A stretch of 64,000 nucleotides of DNA from the NCBI GenBank assembly GCA_045604065.1, contig JAZUNH010000059.1, forward strand, positions 37,216 through 101,215. The letters are read 5' to 3'. Position numbers and translations under genes: made by a program. This DNA is from Anaerovoracaceae bacterium (GTDB lineage Bacteria; Bacillota; Clostridia; Peptostreptococcales; Anaerovoracaceae). The notes below the pieces were generated by a model, which ran no database searches, had not been told where the DNA came from, and worked only from the letters and a program-made list of their open reading frames with translations. This document shows positions 28,439-38,614 of this stretch, one piece after another. Position 1 is the first letter of the stretch; each line of letters starts with the position of its first letter.

Positions 28439-28709
28439 GAGCGCGCCGGCTGTTCAGGTGTTTTTCAGCTGTCGTCACTATTTTGTCCATAGCTGAAACA
28501 AAATCAGAGGAATCCTTATATAGCTGAAATCCCAAAGGCGGTTTTGATCAAAAAAACCGGATAAAGCGTCAAAATACAGAGATCGTGCATCGGAAGCGTC
28601 ATGTTTCCGGTGCTTTTTTTCAGCTGTCATTACTTTTTTGTCTATAGCTGAAACAAAATCGGGGAAACCGGCCGGCGGCTGAAAAGAGTGTGCGCGTATG
28701 TACCGCCCG
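28424..28709. repeat. Intergenic repeat element: 12-bp terminal direct repeats and two 44-bp palindromic units
   Basis: ATGTACCGCCCG at 28424-28435 and 28698-28709. Units 28462-28505 and 28617-28660 differ at 4/44 positions; each is TTTCAGCT-N20-AGCTGAAA. Confidence 0.75.
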
Positions 28710-28761
28710 CCTTGATACGTCCCGGCAAAAGTGAGATAATATGGAAAAAAGGAGGACCGCC

Positions 28762-29499
28762 ATGGAAAAGACACTTAAAGACATAATAGATGAAGCGGAG
28801 AACGTGGTCTTCTTCGGAGGCGCGGGCGTTTCAACAGAGAGCGGCATACCGGACTTCCGCTCCAAGGACGGACTGTATCACGCGGAGCAGAGCTACGGAT
28901 ATCCTCCGGAAACGATCCTGTCGCACACGTTCTATATGGAGCATAACGAGACGTTCTTCACGTATTACAAGGAGAACCTCATCGCAAAGGACGTACAGCC
29001 GAACAAGGCGCATCTCGCGCTCGCCGAGCTGGAGAGGCGCGGCAAGCTGAAGGCGGTCATTACACAGAACATAGACGGGCTGCACCAGAAAGCCGGAAGC
29101 AGGAACGTGCTGGAGCTCCACGGAAGCACGCTCAGGAACACATGCGAGAAATGCGGGGCGCACTTTGACCTTGACTACGTAATGGATGAGGCGAACTGCG
29201 ACGGGCCGGTTCCTCACTGCAATATATGCGGAGGAAGGATCAAGCCTGACGTTGTCCTGTATGAGGAGATGCTGGACAACGATGTGATGATAGCAGCTAT
29301 AAGGGCGATACAGGAAGCCGATGTCATGATAGTCGGCGGGACGTCGCTCAACGTTTATCCGGCGGCGGGACTCATCTCGTATTTCAGGGGGAAGCACCTG
29401 GTGCTGATAAACCGCTCGGTGACACCGTATGACGACGCGGCGGATCTTGTGATCCACGACACCATAGGGAAAGTGCTCGGAGAGCTTGTTGAAGGATAA
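28762..29499 (+). CDS. cobB: NAD-dependent protein deacylase (sirtuin)
   Basis: GAGVSTESGIPDFRS, TQNIDGLH, ELHG, CEKC...CNIC, GGTSLNVYPAA; GGAGG RBS before ATG 28762. Confidence 0.93.
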   Translation: MEKTLKDIIDEAENVVFFGGAGVSTESGIPDFRSKDGLYHAEQSYGYPPETILSHTFYMEHNETFFTYYKENLIAKDVQPNKAHLALAELERRGKLKAVITQNIDGLHQKAGSRNVLELHGSTLRNTCEKCGAHFDLDYVMDEANCDGPVPHCNICGGRIKPDVVLYEEMLDNDVMIAAIRAIQEADVMIVGGTSLNVYPAAGLISYFRGKHLVLINRSVTPYDDAADLVIHDTIGKVLGELVEG

Positions 29500-29519
29500 A
29501 GAAGACTACAGGAGCGGCA

Positions 29520-30359
29520 ATGACAGATAAGAAGGACAGAAAACTCAACATAATGGTCGTGAACGACGACGGGATAACCTCGCGCGGGCTGAGAGAGCTG
29601 GTGGATGCGCTGAGGCCCGTGGCGAACATATACGTATCGGCTCCAGACGGGGAGCACAGCGGGGCGAGCCAGTCAATCACGATAACGGAGCCGATCAGAG
29701 TATATGACTTCGACTATCCGGGCGCGGAGGCCGCGTACGCTGTCACGGGGACCCCGACTGACTGCGTCAAGGCCGGGCTGCAGTTCTTCAAAGAGCGCGG
29801 CATCGAAATGGATATGGTGTACTCGGGGATTAACATCGGGAGCAATTTCGGGAAAGACACCCTTTACTCAGGGACCATAGGAGCAGCGATGGAGGCGGCG
29901 CTGTCGAACGTGAGAGCCGTCGCCGTATCGGTGGACAGCCACAGCGCGACACATTTCGAGACGGCGTGCGAAGTTGCTCTTGCGGTGGTCGACAGGTCCA
30001 TGAACGAGCTCACTCCTGATACCATACTGAACATCAACGCGCCGGACCTTCCTCCTGAAGAGGTGAAGGGCATCAGATATACTGCGCTCGGGAACAGGTT
30101 CTATATCGATAAATTCATACCTGTCGAATCAGAGGACGGGGACAGCTACATGCTGGACGGAGCCCCGCTCGACCTGAACGATATAGAGGAAAAATATGAC
30201 GTTACCGCTACATGGGACAATTACGTCTCGATCACGCCGCTCCAGTTCGACTACACCGCGCACGATATGATCGGGAAGGTCGCCTCATGGGATATAAGGC
30301 TCGAGAAAGAAGAGACCGCCAGGGCGTCCGGCGGCACCAGGGAGAACATGCCGGAGTAG
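29520..30359 (+). CDS. surE: 5'/3'-nucleotidase SurE
   Basis: VVNDDGI, SGASQSIT, GTPTDCV, SGINIGSNFG, YSGTIGAAMEA, SITPL. Confidence 0.95.
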   Translation: MTDKKDRKLNIMVVNDDGITSRGLRELVDALRPVANIYVSAPDGEHSGASQSITITEPIRVYDFDYPGAEAAYAVTGTPTDCVKAGLQFFKERGIEMDMVYSGINIGSNFGKDTLYSGTIGAAMEAALSNVRAVAVSVDSHSATHFETACEVALAVVDRSMNELTPDTILNINAPDLPPEEVKGIRYTALGNRFYIDKFIPVESEDGDSYMLDGAPLDLNDIEEKYDVTATWDNYVSITPLQFDYTAHDMIGKVASWDIRLEKEETARASGGTRENMPE

Positions 30360-30531
30360 AGGTGAAAGATTTCCCTGTTTTTCAATATGTTTTCGACTTT
30401 TGGTATTGATTTTTCACGTCAGTGGTAGTAGACTGAATCCGACAAGAAATTAACAATTTCCTGCTTCCATTAATATTCAAAATGTCTAACCAGCCAGAGC
30501 ATGGCTTTTAAACCAAGGAGGGAAAAAAGAA

Positions 30532-31719
30532 ATGAAAGAAGTTGTAATCGTAGGAGCCAAGAGAACAGCTATCGGTTCTTATGGTGGATCACTGAAAAAC
30601 GTACCTGCTAAGGAACTCGGAGCTATCGCTATCAAGGGCGCTATCGAGCAGGCAGGCATCAAGCCTGAAGATGTTGAAGAAGTCATCATGGGTGATGTGC
30701 TCCAGGGCGGCCTCGGACAGAACGTTGCAAGACAGATGTCACTTGGTGCCGGACTCCCGATCGAGACTCCTGCAATGACAATCAATAAGGTCTGCGGATC
30801 CGGACTCAGAGCTGTTGAGCTTGCCGCTCAGATCATCAAGGCCGGCGACGCTGACATCATCGTGGCAGGCGGAGCTGAGAACATGTCAATGTCAGGATAT
30901 GTTCTTCCTAACATGAGATGGGGAGCCAGAATGTTCAACACACCTGCAGTCGACATGATGGTAAACGATGGACTGTGGGATGTTTACAACAACTATCACA
31001 TGGGTATCACAGCTGAGAATGTTGCTGAGCAGTACGGACTCACAAGAGAAGAGCTTGACGCTTTCGCGCTTGCTTCACAGAACAAGGCAGAGGCTGCTAT
31101 CAAGGCAGGCAAGTTCAAGGACGAGATCGTTCCTGTAACTATTCCTCAGAGAAAGGGCGATCCTATCGTATTCGATACAGACGAATTCCCAAGATTCGGC
31201 GCTACAGCTGAGGCTCTTGCAAAGCTGAAGCCTGCATTCAAGAAGGACGGCGGTGTCGTTACAGCAGGAAACGCTTCCGGAATCAACGATTCAGGAGCTG
31301 CTGTAGTAGTTATGTCAGCTGACAAGGCTGAAGAGCTCGGAATCAAGCCTCTCGCCAAGATCGTTTCTTACGCGTCAGCAGGTGTTGATCCTAAGGTAAT
31401 GGGACTTGGTCCTATCCCTGCTTCAAGAAAGGCAATGGAAAAGGCCGGACTCACGATCGACGATCTTGACCTCTATGAAGCAAACGAAGCTTTCGCTGCT
31501 CAGTCAGTAGCAGTCGGCAAAGACCTCGGATTCGATCCTGAGAAGCTGAACGTAAACGGCGGAGCTATCGCTCTTGGTCATCCTATCGGAGCATCCGGAT
31601 GCCGTATCCTCATCACTCTGATCTATGAGATGATGAAGAGACCTGAGGCTAAGAAGGGCCTCGCTACACTGTGCATCGGCGGCGGCATGGGAACAGCTGT
31701 CATCGTTGAGAAGTGCTAG
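30532..31719 (+). CDS. thlA: Acetyl-CoA C-acetyltransferase (thiolase)
   Basis: [43 protein letters not shown]; codon usage looks like a highly expressed gene. Confidence 0.97.
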   Translation: MKEVVIVGAKRTAIGSYGGSLKNVPAKELGAIAIKGAIEQAGIKPEDVEEVIMGDVLQGGLGQNVARQMSLGAGLPIETPAMTINKVCGSGLRAVELAAQIIKAGDADIIVAGGAENMSMSGYVLPNMRWGARMFNTPAVDMMVNDGLWDVYNNYHMGITAENVAEQYGLTREELDAFALASQNKAEAAIKAGKFKDEIVPVTIPQRKGDPIVFDTDEFPRFGATAEALAKLKPAFKKDGGVVTAGNASGINDSGAAVVVMSADKAEELGIKPLAKIVSYASAGVDPKVMGLGPIPASRKAMEKAGLTIDDLDLYEANEAFAAQSVAVGKDLGFDPEKLNVNGGAIALGHPIGASGCRILITLIYEMMKRPEAKKGLATLCIGGGMGTAVIVEKC

Positions 31720-31794
31720 TAACGGGTATATGCACTGAATAAGGCGAAGGTAAGTGCCTTCAGGCATATGCGTTACGACCGAAGTGCTTATCGT

Positions 31795-31827
31795 GCGCTC
31801 CCGCGGAAATGCGGGGGCGCTTTTTTT
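31795..31827 (+). terminator. Intrinsic terminator
   Basis: GCGCTCCCGC-GGAAAT-GCGGGGGCGC followed by T7. Confidence 0.85.
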
Positions 31828-31850
31828 GTGATATATGATATAATAGACGC

Positions 31851-33191
31851 ATGGATTATTTCCTCAACATTCCGAACAAAGTCGACAAGATCCTGAGGAT
31901 GCTGGAGCGGAGCGGCCACGAGGCGTACGTCGTCGGGGGCTGCGTCCGCGATATTCTGATGGGAAGAAAACCGTCCGACTGGGATATCACCACATCCGCG
32001 GAGCCCGGCGAGACGAAGGAGTGCTTCAGCGGGTACAAAGTCGCCGAGACCGGCATAAAGCACGGAACGGTCACGGTCATAATGGACGGAGAACCGTTCG
32101 AGATCACCACGTTCAGGTCAGACGGCTCGTACTCCGACGGAAGGCATCCCGATTCGGTGAGCTTCAGCAAAGACATAAAGGTGGACCTGGCGAGGAGGGA
32201 TTTCACAATGAACGCCCTCGCTTATTCGCCGGCTAAAGGCATCGTGGACGAGTACGGCGGGATAGAGGACATAAACAGGAAGGTCATAAGGGCGGTCGGA
32301 AAGCCTGAGGAGAGATTCAGGGAGGATTCTCTGAGGATACTCCGCGCGGTGAGGTTTGCGGGGACTCTGGGGTTCATAATGGATCCTGAGACCGCGAAGG
32401 CTGTGAAGGACCTTGCCCCTACGGCTTCAAGGTCCTCGGCCGAGCGCGTTATGACGGAGTTCAACAAGCTCCTCATGGGGGCTTACGCAGCGTACGCCGT
32501 GAAGCAGTACAGGCACGCGCTGGATGACATCATCTCTTTTTCCGGAGCTCATATAGCGGACAGGAAAAGCGTAAGGGCTCTTGAGCACGCGCCCGCGTCG
32601 CTTCCGCTGAGAATCGCGCTGATACTCGACGTCCCGGACGAGGGGAGCCAGATGAGCCTGTTCGGATTCGGAAAGGACTCGGGCTTTTTCGGATTCCGCC
32701 AGGAGACCGACATATCAGGCTTCAGAGAAGCTCTGAGGAAGATGAAGTACGACGGAGAGACCATCAAGAGAGCCGTCCGGATAAAGGAGATATCGGTAAA
32801 GAACATCACGCCTGACGAGATAACGGTGCTCCTTGAGATGAGGAAGCTCGCGGACAGCTTCCCGGCTGAAGAGGTGCCGGATATCCTGTATGACGGAATA
32901 AGCGTGAGGAGCCTCAGGGGCAGGCTTTCGGACAGCGCAACGGAGGAGATCTTCAGGATCATCCAGGAGATCACGGAAAGCGGGAAGTGTTATTCCAGGT
33001 CGCAGCTCTGCGTGACCGGCGACGATCTCTCGTCTGACTGCGTGCTGTCGGGGAAAGGCCTCTCACAGGGCAGGGACATCGGTAAGATCCTCTCCGCGCT
33101 TCTTGACGAGGTCATCGCGGGCGAGCTTGAGAACAGCAGGGAAGCGCTTCTTGAAAGAGCGAGGACACTGTACGACACACTGGCGGACTGA
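31851..33191 (+). CDS. cca: CCA tRNA nucleotidyltransferase
   Basis: VGGCVRD, DWDITT, EITTFR, DLARRDFTMNA, RFREDSLRILRAVRF. Confidence 0.9.
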   Translation: MDYFLNIPNKVDKILRMLERSGHEAYVVGGCVRDILMGRKPSDWDITTSAEPGETKECFSGYKVAETGIKHGTVTVIMDGEPFEITTFRSDGSYSDGRHPDSVSFSKDIKVDLARRDFTMNALAYSPAKGIVDEYGGIEDINRKVIRAVGKPEERFREDSLRILRAVRFAGTLGFIMDPETAKAVKDLAPTASRSSAERVMTEFNKLLMGAYAAYAVKQYRHALDDIISFSGAHIADRKSVRALEHAPASLPLRIALILDVPDEGSQMSLFGFGKDSGFFGFRQETDISGFREALRKMKYDGETIKRAVRIKEISVKNITPDEITVLLEMRKLADSFPAEEVPDILYDGISVRSLRGRLSDSATEEIFRIIQEITESGKCYSRSQLCVTGDDLSSDCVLSGKGLSQGRDIGKILSALLDEVIAGELENSREALLERARTLYDTLAD

Positions 33192-33242
33192 GGTGTTTTT
33201 TGATATAATATGACAGACAAAAAAAGCGAACGGAGAATATAG

Positions 33243-34892
33243 ATGTCAGAAGAGAACAGGACCAGAAATTTCATCGAAGAGAGGATAGACGCGGACAACG
33301 CGTCCGGGAAATACGGCGGCGAGGTATATACCAGATTCCCGCCGGAGCCTAACGGATATCTTCACATAGGGCACGCCAAGTCTATATGCCTGAACTTCGG
33401 TACGGCTGAAAAGTACGGCGGGAAGTGCAACCTCCGCTACGACGACACCAACCCGGGGAAAGAGGACATGGAATTCGTCAAGTCGATCGAGGAAGACGTG
33501 AAATGGCTCGGATTCACATGGGCGCGGCGCTGCTGGGCTTCCGAGTACTTTGATCTGATGTACAGCTACGCGGTCATCCTGATCAAAAAGGGCAAAGCCT
33601 ACGTCGACGATCTTTCCGCTGAGGAGATAAGGGAGTACAGAGGGACGCTGACCGAGCCCGGAAAAGAGAGCGCGGCAAGATCCCGCACAGTTGAGGAGAA
33701 CCTCGCCCTGTTCGAGGACATGAAGGCCGGTAAGTACGCCGACGGAGAGAAGGTGCTCCGCGCTAAGATAGATATGGCGTCCCCTAACATGAACATGAGG
33801 GACCCTGTCATCTACAGGATCTCGCACGCCGAGCATCACAATACGGGGACGAAGTGGTGCATTTACCCGATGTACGATTTCGCGCATCCTGTAGAGGACG
33901 CGATCGAGGGTATCACCCACTCACTCTGCACACTCGAGTTCGAAGACCACAGGCCTCTCTACGACTGGGTCATAAACGAGATAGGAGTCTGGGATACGCC
34001 TCCTCAGCAGATCGAGTTCGCCAGGCTGGACCTGACAGACACGGTAACGAGCAAGAGGCAGCTCAAGGCCCTCGTGGACGACGGGTTCGTAGAAGGATGG
34101 GACGATCCGAGGATGCCGACGATAGCGGGGATGCGCCGCCGCGGCTTTACTCCGGAAGCCGTCAGGAATTTCTGCGACGAGATAGGCATAGCCAAGGCGA
34201 ACAGCCTTGTGGACATAGCGGAGCTGGAGCATTTCGTGAGGGACGACCTCGCGGGGAAGACAGAGAGCAGGAACGTCGTGTTCGATCCGGTGAAAGTCGT
34301 GATAACGAACTATCCGGAAGGCGTGACCGAAGAGATAGAGACGGAGAACAACAGGAACGTCCCTGAGATGGGGACGAGGAAAGTGCCGTTCTCGAGAGAG
34401 CTCTGGATCGATGGTGAGGACTTCATGGAAGTGCCTGTGAAGAAGTACTTCAGGCTGTTCCCGGGGAACGAGGTCAGGCTGAAGGGCGCATATTATATCA
34501 CATGCGATGAAGTCATAAAGAACAGCGACGGGACGATAAAAGAGCTGCACTGCACGTACGATCCCGCGACGAAAGGCGGAGACAGCCCGGACGGAAGGAA
34601 AGTCAGGGGCACCATCCACTTCGTCGAGGCGCAAAGCGCCGTGAAGATCAGGGTCAGGAACTACGGCCATCTGTATACTACAGACGAGAGCGGAGCCCAG
34701 ATCCTGAACGAGGACTCTGTGAACGAGACTTACGGATACGCGGAGCCGTCGCTAGGCAAAGCGGAGCCGGGAGAGAAATTCCAGTTCTTCCGCCACGGCT
34801 ATTACGCGGCAGACAGCAGGCTTACCACGGACGATGAAAAGGTGTTCAACCGGATAGTGGAGCTGAAGAGCTCCTGGAAGCCGGCAAAATAA
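33243..34892 (+). CDS. glnS: Glutamine--tRNA ligase
   Basis: [68 protein letters not shown]. Confidence 0.97.
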   Translation: MSEENRTRNFIEERIDADNASGKYGGEVYTRFPPEPNGYLHIGHAKSICLNFGTAEKYGGKCNLRYDDTNPGKEDMEFVKSIEEDVKWLGFTWARRCWASEYFDLMYSYAVILIKKGKAYVDDLSAEEIREYRGTLTEPGKESAARSRTVEENLALFEDMKAGKYADGEKVLRAKIDMASPNMNMRDPVIYRISHAEHHNTGTKWCIYPMYDFAHPVEDAIEGITHSLCTLEFEDHRPLYDWVINEIGVWDTPPQQIEFARLDLTDTVTSKRQLKALVDDGFVEGWDDPRMPTIAGMRRRGFTPEAVRNFCDEIGIAKANSLVDIAELEHFVRDDLAGKTESRNVVFDPVKVVITNYPEGVTEEIETENNRNVPEMGTRKVPFSRELWIDGEDFMEVPVKKYFRLFPGNEVRLKGAYYITCDEVIKNSDGTIKELHCTYDPATKGGDSPDGRKVRGTIHFVEAQSAVKIRVRNYGHLYTTDESGAQILNEDSVNETYGYAEPSLGKAEPGEKFQFFRHGYYAADSRLTTDDEKVFNRIVELKSSWKPAK

Positions 34893-34935
34893 AGAAGCAG
34901 CCGGCTCCATACGCCGGCAGTACAAGGAGGAGAAG

Positions 34936-35196
34936 ATGGGTATCACAGATGCACTGAACGGAATCAAGGACAAGGCACAGGAGGTCCTGGACAAGACGGA
35001 TCTCGACGAGAAGCTGGTTGACGCGGCCAAGAAGGCAAAGGACAAAGCAGCCGACGCGGCGGACAAAGCCAAGGATAAGGCACAGGAGGTCCTCGACAAG
35101 ACGGATCTTGACGAGAAGCTCATGGACGCGGCCAAGAAGGCAAAGGACAAGGCTGCCGACGCGGTGTCCGACCTTAAGGACAAAGTAGGAAAGTAG
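34936..35196 (+). CDS. Small K/D/A-rich helical-repeat protein (35-aa tandem repeat)
   Basis: AGGAGG RBS; KDKAQEVLDKTDLDEKL(V/M)DAAKKAKDKAADA twice, with a 105-bp DNA period (34966, 35071). Confidence 0.85.
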   Translation: MGITDALNGIKDKAQEVLDKTDLDEKLVDAAKKAKDKAADAADKAKDKAQEVLDKTDLDEKLMDAAKKAKDKAADAVSDLKDKVGK

Positions 35197-35251
35197 TCAG
35201 ATAAAAGTGTGGATGTCCCCGGAGCTAAAAAGCCCCGGGGATGTTGCTGAT

Positions 35252-35971
35252 ATGGAAGAAATACTGGTACAGGTAATCAAATATCTTATCGCCGTGATCC
35301 TCGGCGTGGTGCTCGGGAACAGCGCCGTATACATGTTCAACCACATGCCTGCGGCGTGGTTCTGCGACTATGGCGAGGAGCCTTCGGACGAGCTGAAAGA
35401 CCCTTACACGCAGCGTGTGAAGAGCACGCCGTGGAAGTATACGTTTTCAATGCTTTTCGTCGCGGCTGGCCTGTATCTGGTCAGGGACGACTGGGTGTAT
35501 GCTCTTGCCGTGCTCGTCATACTGTGGCTTCTTCTCGAGATGTCCATATCGGACATAAAGTACAGGATAGTGCCGGATCAGCTGCTCGTTCTCCTCGCCG
35601 TATCGGCAGCGGGCGTGATACAGTACCGGAGCTGGCAGGATATGCTGTACGGAGCCGCCGCGGGCTTCCTCATAATGGGGATGACGGCTTTGCTCGGGAA
35701 GGCGCTGTACAGGCGCGATGCTGTAGGAGGGGGAGACATCAAGCTGTTCTCCGCGCTCGGGCTGCTGCTCGGGCTAAGGGGAGTGCTCTTCGTATTCATG
35801 CTTTCGGCGCTTCTTTCGGGAGCCGGGCTCGCGTATCTTCTGGCGAAGAAAAAGATCAAAAGGACAGATACCGTCCCTATGGTTCCTTTCATAGCGGCGG
35901 CGGCAGGGATATATCTCCTGTTCATCAGCCAGAGGATCGACTTCATACTATCATCTATTTTGAACATATAA
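35252..35971 (+). CDS. Prepilin peptidase (A24 family)
   Basis: ISDIKYRIVPD and GGGDIKL aspartate motifs; multi-TM. Start uncertain (35207 GTG possible). Confidence 0.85.
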   Translation: MEEILVQVIKYLIAVILGVVLGNSAVYMFNHMPAAWFCDYGEEPSDELKDPYTQRVKSTPWKYTFSMLFVAAGLYLVRDDWVYALAVLVILWLLLEMSISDIKYRIVPDQLLVLLAVSAAGVIQYRSWQDMLYGAAAGFLIMGMTALLGKALYRRDAVGGGDIKLFSALGLLLGLRGVLFVFMLSALLSGAGLAYLLAKKKIKRTDTVPMVPFIAAAAGIYLLFISQRIDFILSSILNI

Positions 35972-35986
35972 GCTAAGGAGGATCAC

Positions 35987-37027
35987 ATGGTTTCATTTTC
36001 AAGCGATTACATTGCGGGCGCGCACCCGGAGATACTCAGGAGACTTGAAGAGACCAACATGGAGAGCCTTCCGGGATACGGAAGCGACAGATACTGCGAG
36101 AGCGCGAAGGAGAAGATACGCGAGGCGTGCGGCCTTCCCGACGCGGACGTTGAGTTCATTACAGGGGGGACGGAAACGAACCAGGTCGTGATATCGACTC
36201 TGCTGAACGATTATGACGGGGTAGTCGCCGCGGAGACAGGCCACATAAACACACACGAAGCCGGGGCGATAGAGTTCACGGGCCATAAGGTCATGGGCCT
36301 GCCACAGAAAGAGGGAAAGGTCTCTGCCGCGGACCTCAGGAAGCTCCTTGCCGCCTACTATGAGGATGAGAACCACGAGCATATGGTGCGTCCGGGGATG
36401 CTTTACATATCGTTCCCTACGGAATACGGGACGCTTTATTCGAAGGAGGAGCTCAGGGATCTCGCGGACGTCTGCCACGAGTACGACATGCCGCTTTATA
36501 TCGACGGCGCGAGGCTGGCGTACGGCCTCATGAGCAAAGCCTGCGGCGTGACGCTGAAGGACATCGCAGAGATCTCGGACGTTTTCTACATAGGGGGAAC
36601 GAAGTGCGGGGCCCTTTGCGGCGAGGCGGTGGTGTTCACGAAGAAGAACATCCCCGCGCACTTCCTTTCGTCAAAGAAGAAGAGAGGCGCGCTTCTCGCG
36701 AAGGGAAGGCTCCTTGGGATCCAGTTCGACACGCTCTTCAGCAGGTATCAGGGAGGAGATCTGCTGTACTATGAGATAGGCCGCTACGCGATATCCATGG
36801 CGGACAGGCTCGAGAAGCTGTTCAGGGACAGGGGATACGAGTTCTTCCTCGATTCCCCGACGAACCAGAAGTTCATAGTGATGGAGGATGAGAAGCTCAG
36901 GAAGCTCAAGGAAGGCCTCGAGTACGGCTTCTGGGAAAAGCCTGACGAGGGACACACCGTCATACGGCTCGCGACAAGCTGGTCTACGACGGATGAAGAC
37001 CTGAAAGAGCTTGAAAAGCTGATATAG
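35987..37027 (+). CDS. ltaE: Low-specificity L-threonine aldolase
   Basis: FSSDY, GYGSD, GGTETN, HINTHEAGA, DGARL, IGGTKCG, RLATSWST. Confidence 0.9.
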   Translation: MVSFSSDYIAGAHPEILRRLEETNMESLPGYGSDRYCESAKEKIREACGLPDADVEFITGGTETNQVVISTLLNDYDGVVAAETGHINTHEAGAIEFTGHKVMGLPQKEGKVSAADLRKLLAAYYEDENHEHMVRPGMLYISFPTEYGTLYSKEELRDLADVCHEYDMPLYIDGARLAYGLMSKACGVTLKDIAEISDVFYIGGTKCGALCGEAVVFTKKNIPAHFLSSKKKRGALLAKGRLLGIQFDTLFSRYQGGDLLYYEIGRYAISMADRLEKLFRDRGYEFFLDSPTNQKFIVMEDEKLRKLKEGLEYGFWEKPDEGHTVIRLATSWSTTDEDLKELEKLI

Positions 37028-37033
37028 AGACAC

Positions 37034-37067
37034 GCCGCTCCGGGCAGTATTCCGGGGCGGCTTTTAT
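37034..37067 (+). terminator. Intrinsic terminator
   Basis: GCCGCTCCGG...CCGGGGCGGC stem followed by TTTT. Confidence 0.75.
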
Positions 37068-37129
37068 ATTGTTTCAGACCGCCTGAAAGGTGGAAACCGT
37101 ACGCGTTTTGTGGTATACTCTCATATATT

Positions 37130-37915
37130 ATGGAGAAGAATGTTCTGCTGACAATCGAATACGACGGGACCGGGTTTTCAGGGTGGCAGAGACAGCCTGA
37201 AGCGAGGACCGTACAGGGCGTGATCGAGGGCGTGCTGTCGGATCTTCTCGGCGGGGAGATCAGGATCTCCGGAGTGAGCAGGACCGACGCGGGAGTCCAC
37301 GCAAGGGACCAGAAAGCCGCGTTCTCGGCAGACATGAACATACCCGTTGAGAACCTCGCGAGGGTGATGAACGACAGGCTCCAGGGAAGGCCGGAGGCGA
37401 GAGCTTCAGAAGGCGACGTCAGGATCGTTTCCGCGGAGGAAACAGATCACGCGGATGACCTGAGGCAGCAGGTCGCCGGCAAGACCTACAGGTATTCGAT
37501 AAGGAACGCTTCATACATGCCTGTTTTCGACAGGAACTACAGATATCTGGTAAAGTCCCCTCTGGATACAGAGAGGATGAGAGAAGCCGCGGAGTACATA
37601 AAGGGCACGCACGACTTTGCCTGCTTCCAGGCAGCCGGCGGCGAGCCCGGGAAAACTACGGTAAGGACCGTCACGGACCTTTCGGTATCTGAAGAGGACG
37701 TTCCCGGAGGCGGGAAAGACATCTTCATCGACATAACCGGGGACGGCTTTCTGTACAACATGGTCAGGATAATCACAGGGACGCTTGTCGAGACCGGACT
37801 TGGAAAGAGATCGCCTCTGGATATGAAGAAGACGATCGAGTCCGGAGACAGGGCTGAAGCAGGGCATACGGCCCCGCCGCAGGGGCTCTGCCTTATGAAG
37901 GTCTACATGCGGTAG
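37130..37915 (+). CDS. truA: tRNA pseudouridine(38-40) synthase
   Basis: EYDGTGFSGWQRQ, SRTDAGVHA, GTHDF, GDGFLYNMVRI, TAPPQGLCL. Confidence 0.96.
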   Translation: MEKNVLLTIEYDGTGFSGWQRQPEARTVQGVIEGVLSDLLGGEIRISGVSRTDAGVHARDQKAAFSADMNIPVENLARVMNDRLQGRPEARASEGDVRIVSAEETDHADDLRQQVAGKTYRYSIRNASYMPVFDRNYRYLVKSPLDTERMREAAEYIKGTHDFACFQAAGGEPGKTTVRTVTDLSVSEEDVPGGGKDIFIDITGDGFLYNMVRIITGTLVETGLGKRSPLDMKKTIESGDRAEAGHTAPPQGLCLMKVYMR

Positions 37916-37927
37916 GGAGCTGAAATC

Positions 37928-38134
37928 ATGAGCGATAAAGGGAAGAAAGCCGTGAATATCGCGAAAGTCCTGTTTCTGACAGTGATAACCATGGGCATTT
38001 ACGGCGCGTACTGGGCCATGGCGGATATGTTCAAAGAGGACGATATAGATACAGACGAGGTGCAGAAGAACGCGGACTACATGAAGAGGTCGGCGGCGTC
38101 TGCATTCCTGTCCAGATTTTTTACCGGCAGATAG
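37928..38134 (+). CDS. Small membrane protein of unknown function
   Basis: 68-aa ORF packed between truA and the deaminase, with one hydrophobic segment ([18 protein letters not shown]). Confidence 0.65.
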   Translation: MSDKGKKAVNIAKVLFLTVITMGIYGAYWAMADMFKEDDIDTDEVQKNADYMKRSAASAFLSRFFTGR

Positions 38135-38144
38135 GAGAAGCAAA

Positions 38145-38612
38145 ATGAGTGAAGAGATGAAAGACAGCCGTCCGTCGTGGGACGAGTATTTCATGGAGAT
38201 GGCGGAGCTTACGGCGCAGAGATCCACATGCCTGAGAAGACACGTGGGCGCGGTCATAGTAAGAGACATGCACGCCATGGCGACAGGGTACAACGGAGCC
38301 CCGAGGGGCCTCAAGCACTGCGGCGAGCTCGGGGGATGCCTGAGAGAGAAGCTGCACGTCCCGTCGGGCGAGAGGCATGAGCTCTGCAGGGCGCTCCACG
38401 CTGAGCAGAACGCTATAATCCAGGCCGCGGCTCTCGGACAGAGCATCGAGGGCGGAACGATATATATAACCAACCATCCCTGCTCGATATGCGCGAAGAT
38501 GATCGTGAACGCGGGCATCAAGAGGATAGTCATAAGAGAGGGATATCCTGACGAGCTTGCCAAGGACATCCTGAATGAGGCCGGGATCAAGGTAGAAAGG
38601 CTCGAAAAATAG
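38145..38612 (+). CDS. dCMP deaminase (ComEB-like)
   Basis: RSTCLRR.VGA, GYNG, HAEQNA, PCSICAK zinc motifs. Confidence 0.92.
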   Translation: MSEEMKDSRPSWDEYFMEMAELTAQRSTCLRRHVGAVIVRDMHAMATGYNGAPRGLKHCGELGGCLREKLHVPSGERHELCRALHAEQNAIIQAAALGQSIEGGTIYITNHPCSICAKMIVNAGIKRIVIREGYPDELAKDILNEAGIKVERLEK

Positions 38613-38614
38613 AC

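Noticed and set aside
28462-28660. CRISPR array
   Set aside because: Only two full 44-bp units with a 111-bp spacer and no cas genes; spacing is unlike CRISPR.
30420-30470. Rex operator upstream of thiolase (TTAACAA half-site)
   Set aside because: The matching left half-site is absent (CCGACAA versus TTGTTAA); insufficient support.
33243-34892. GlnRS in a Firmicute as an anomaly
   Set aside because: GlnRS is known in many Clostridia and the gene's composition matches the host.
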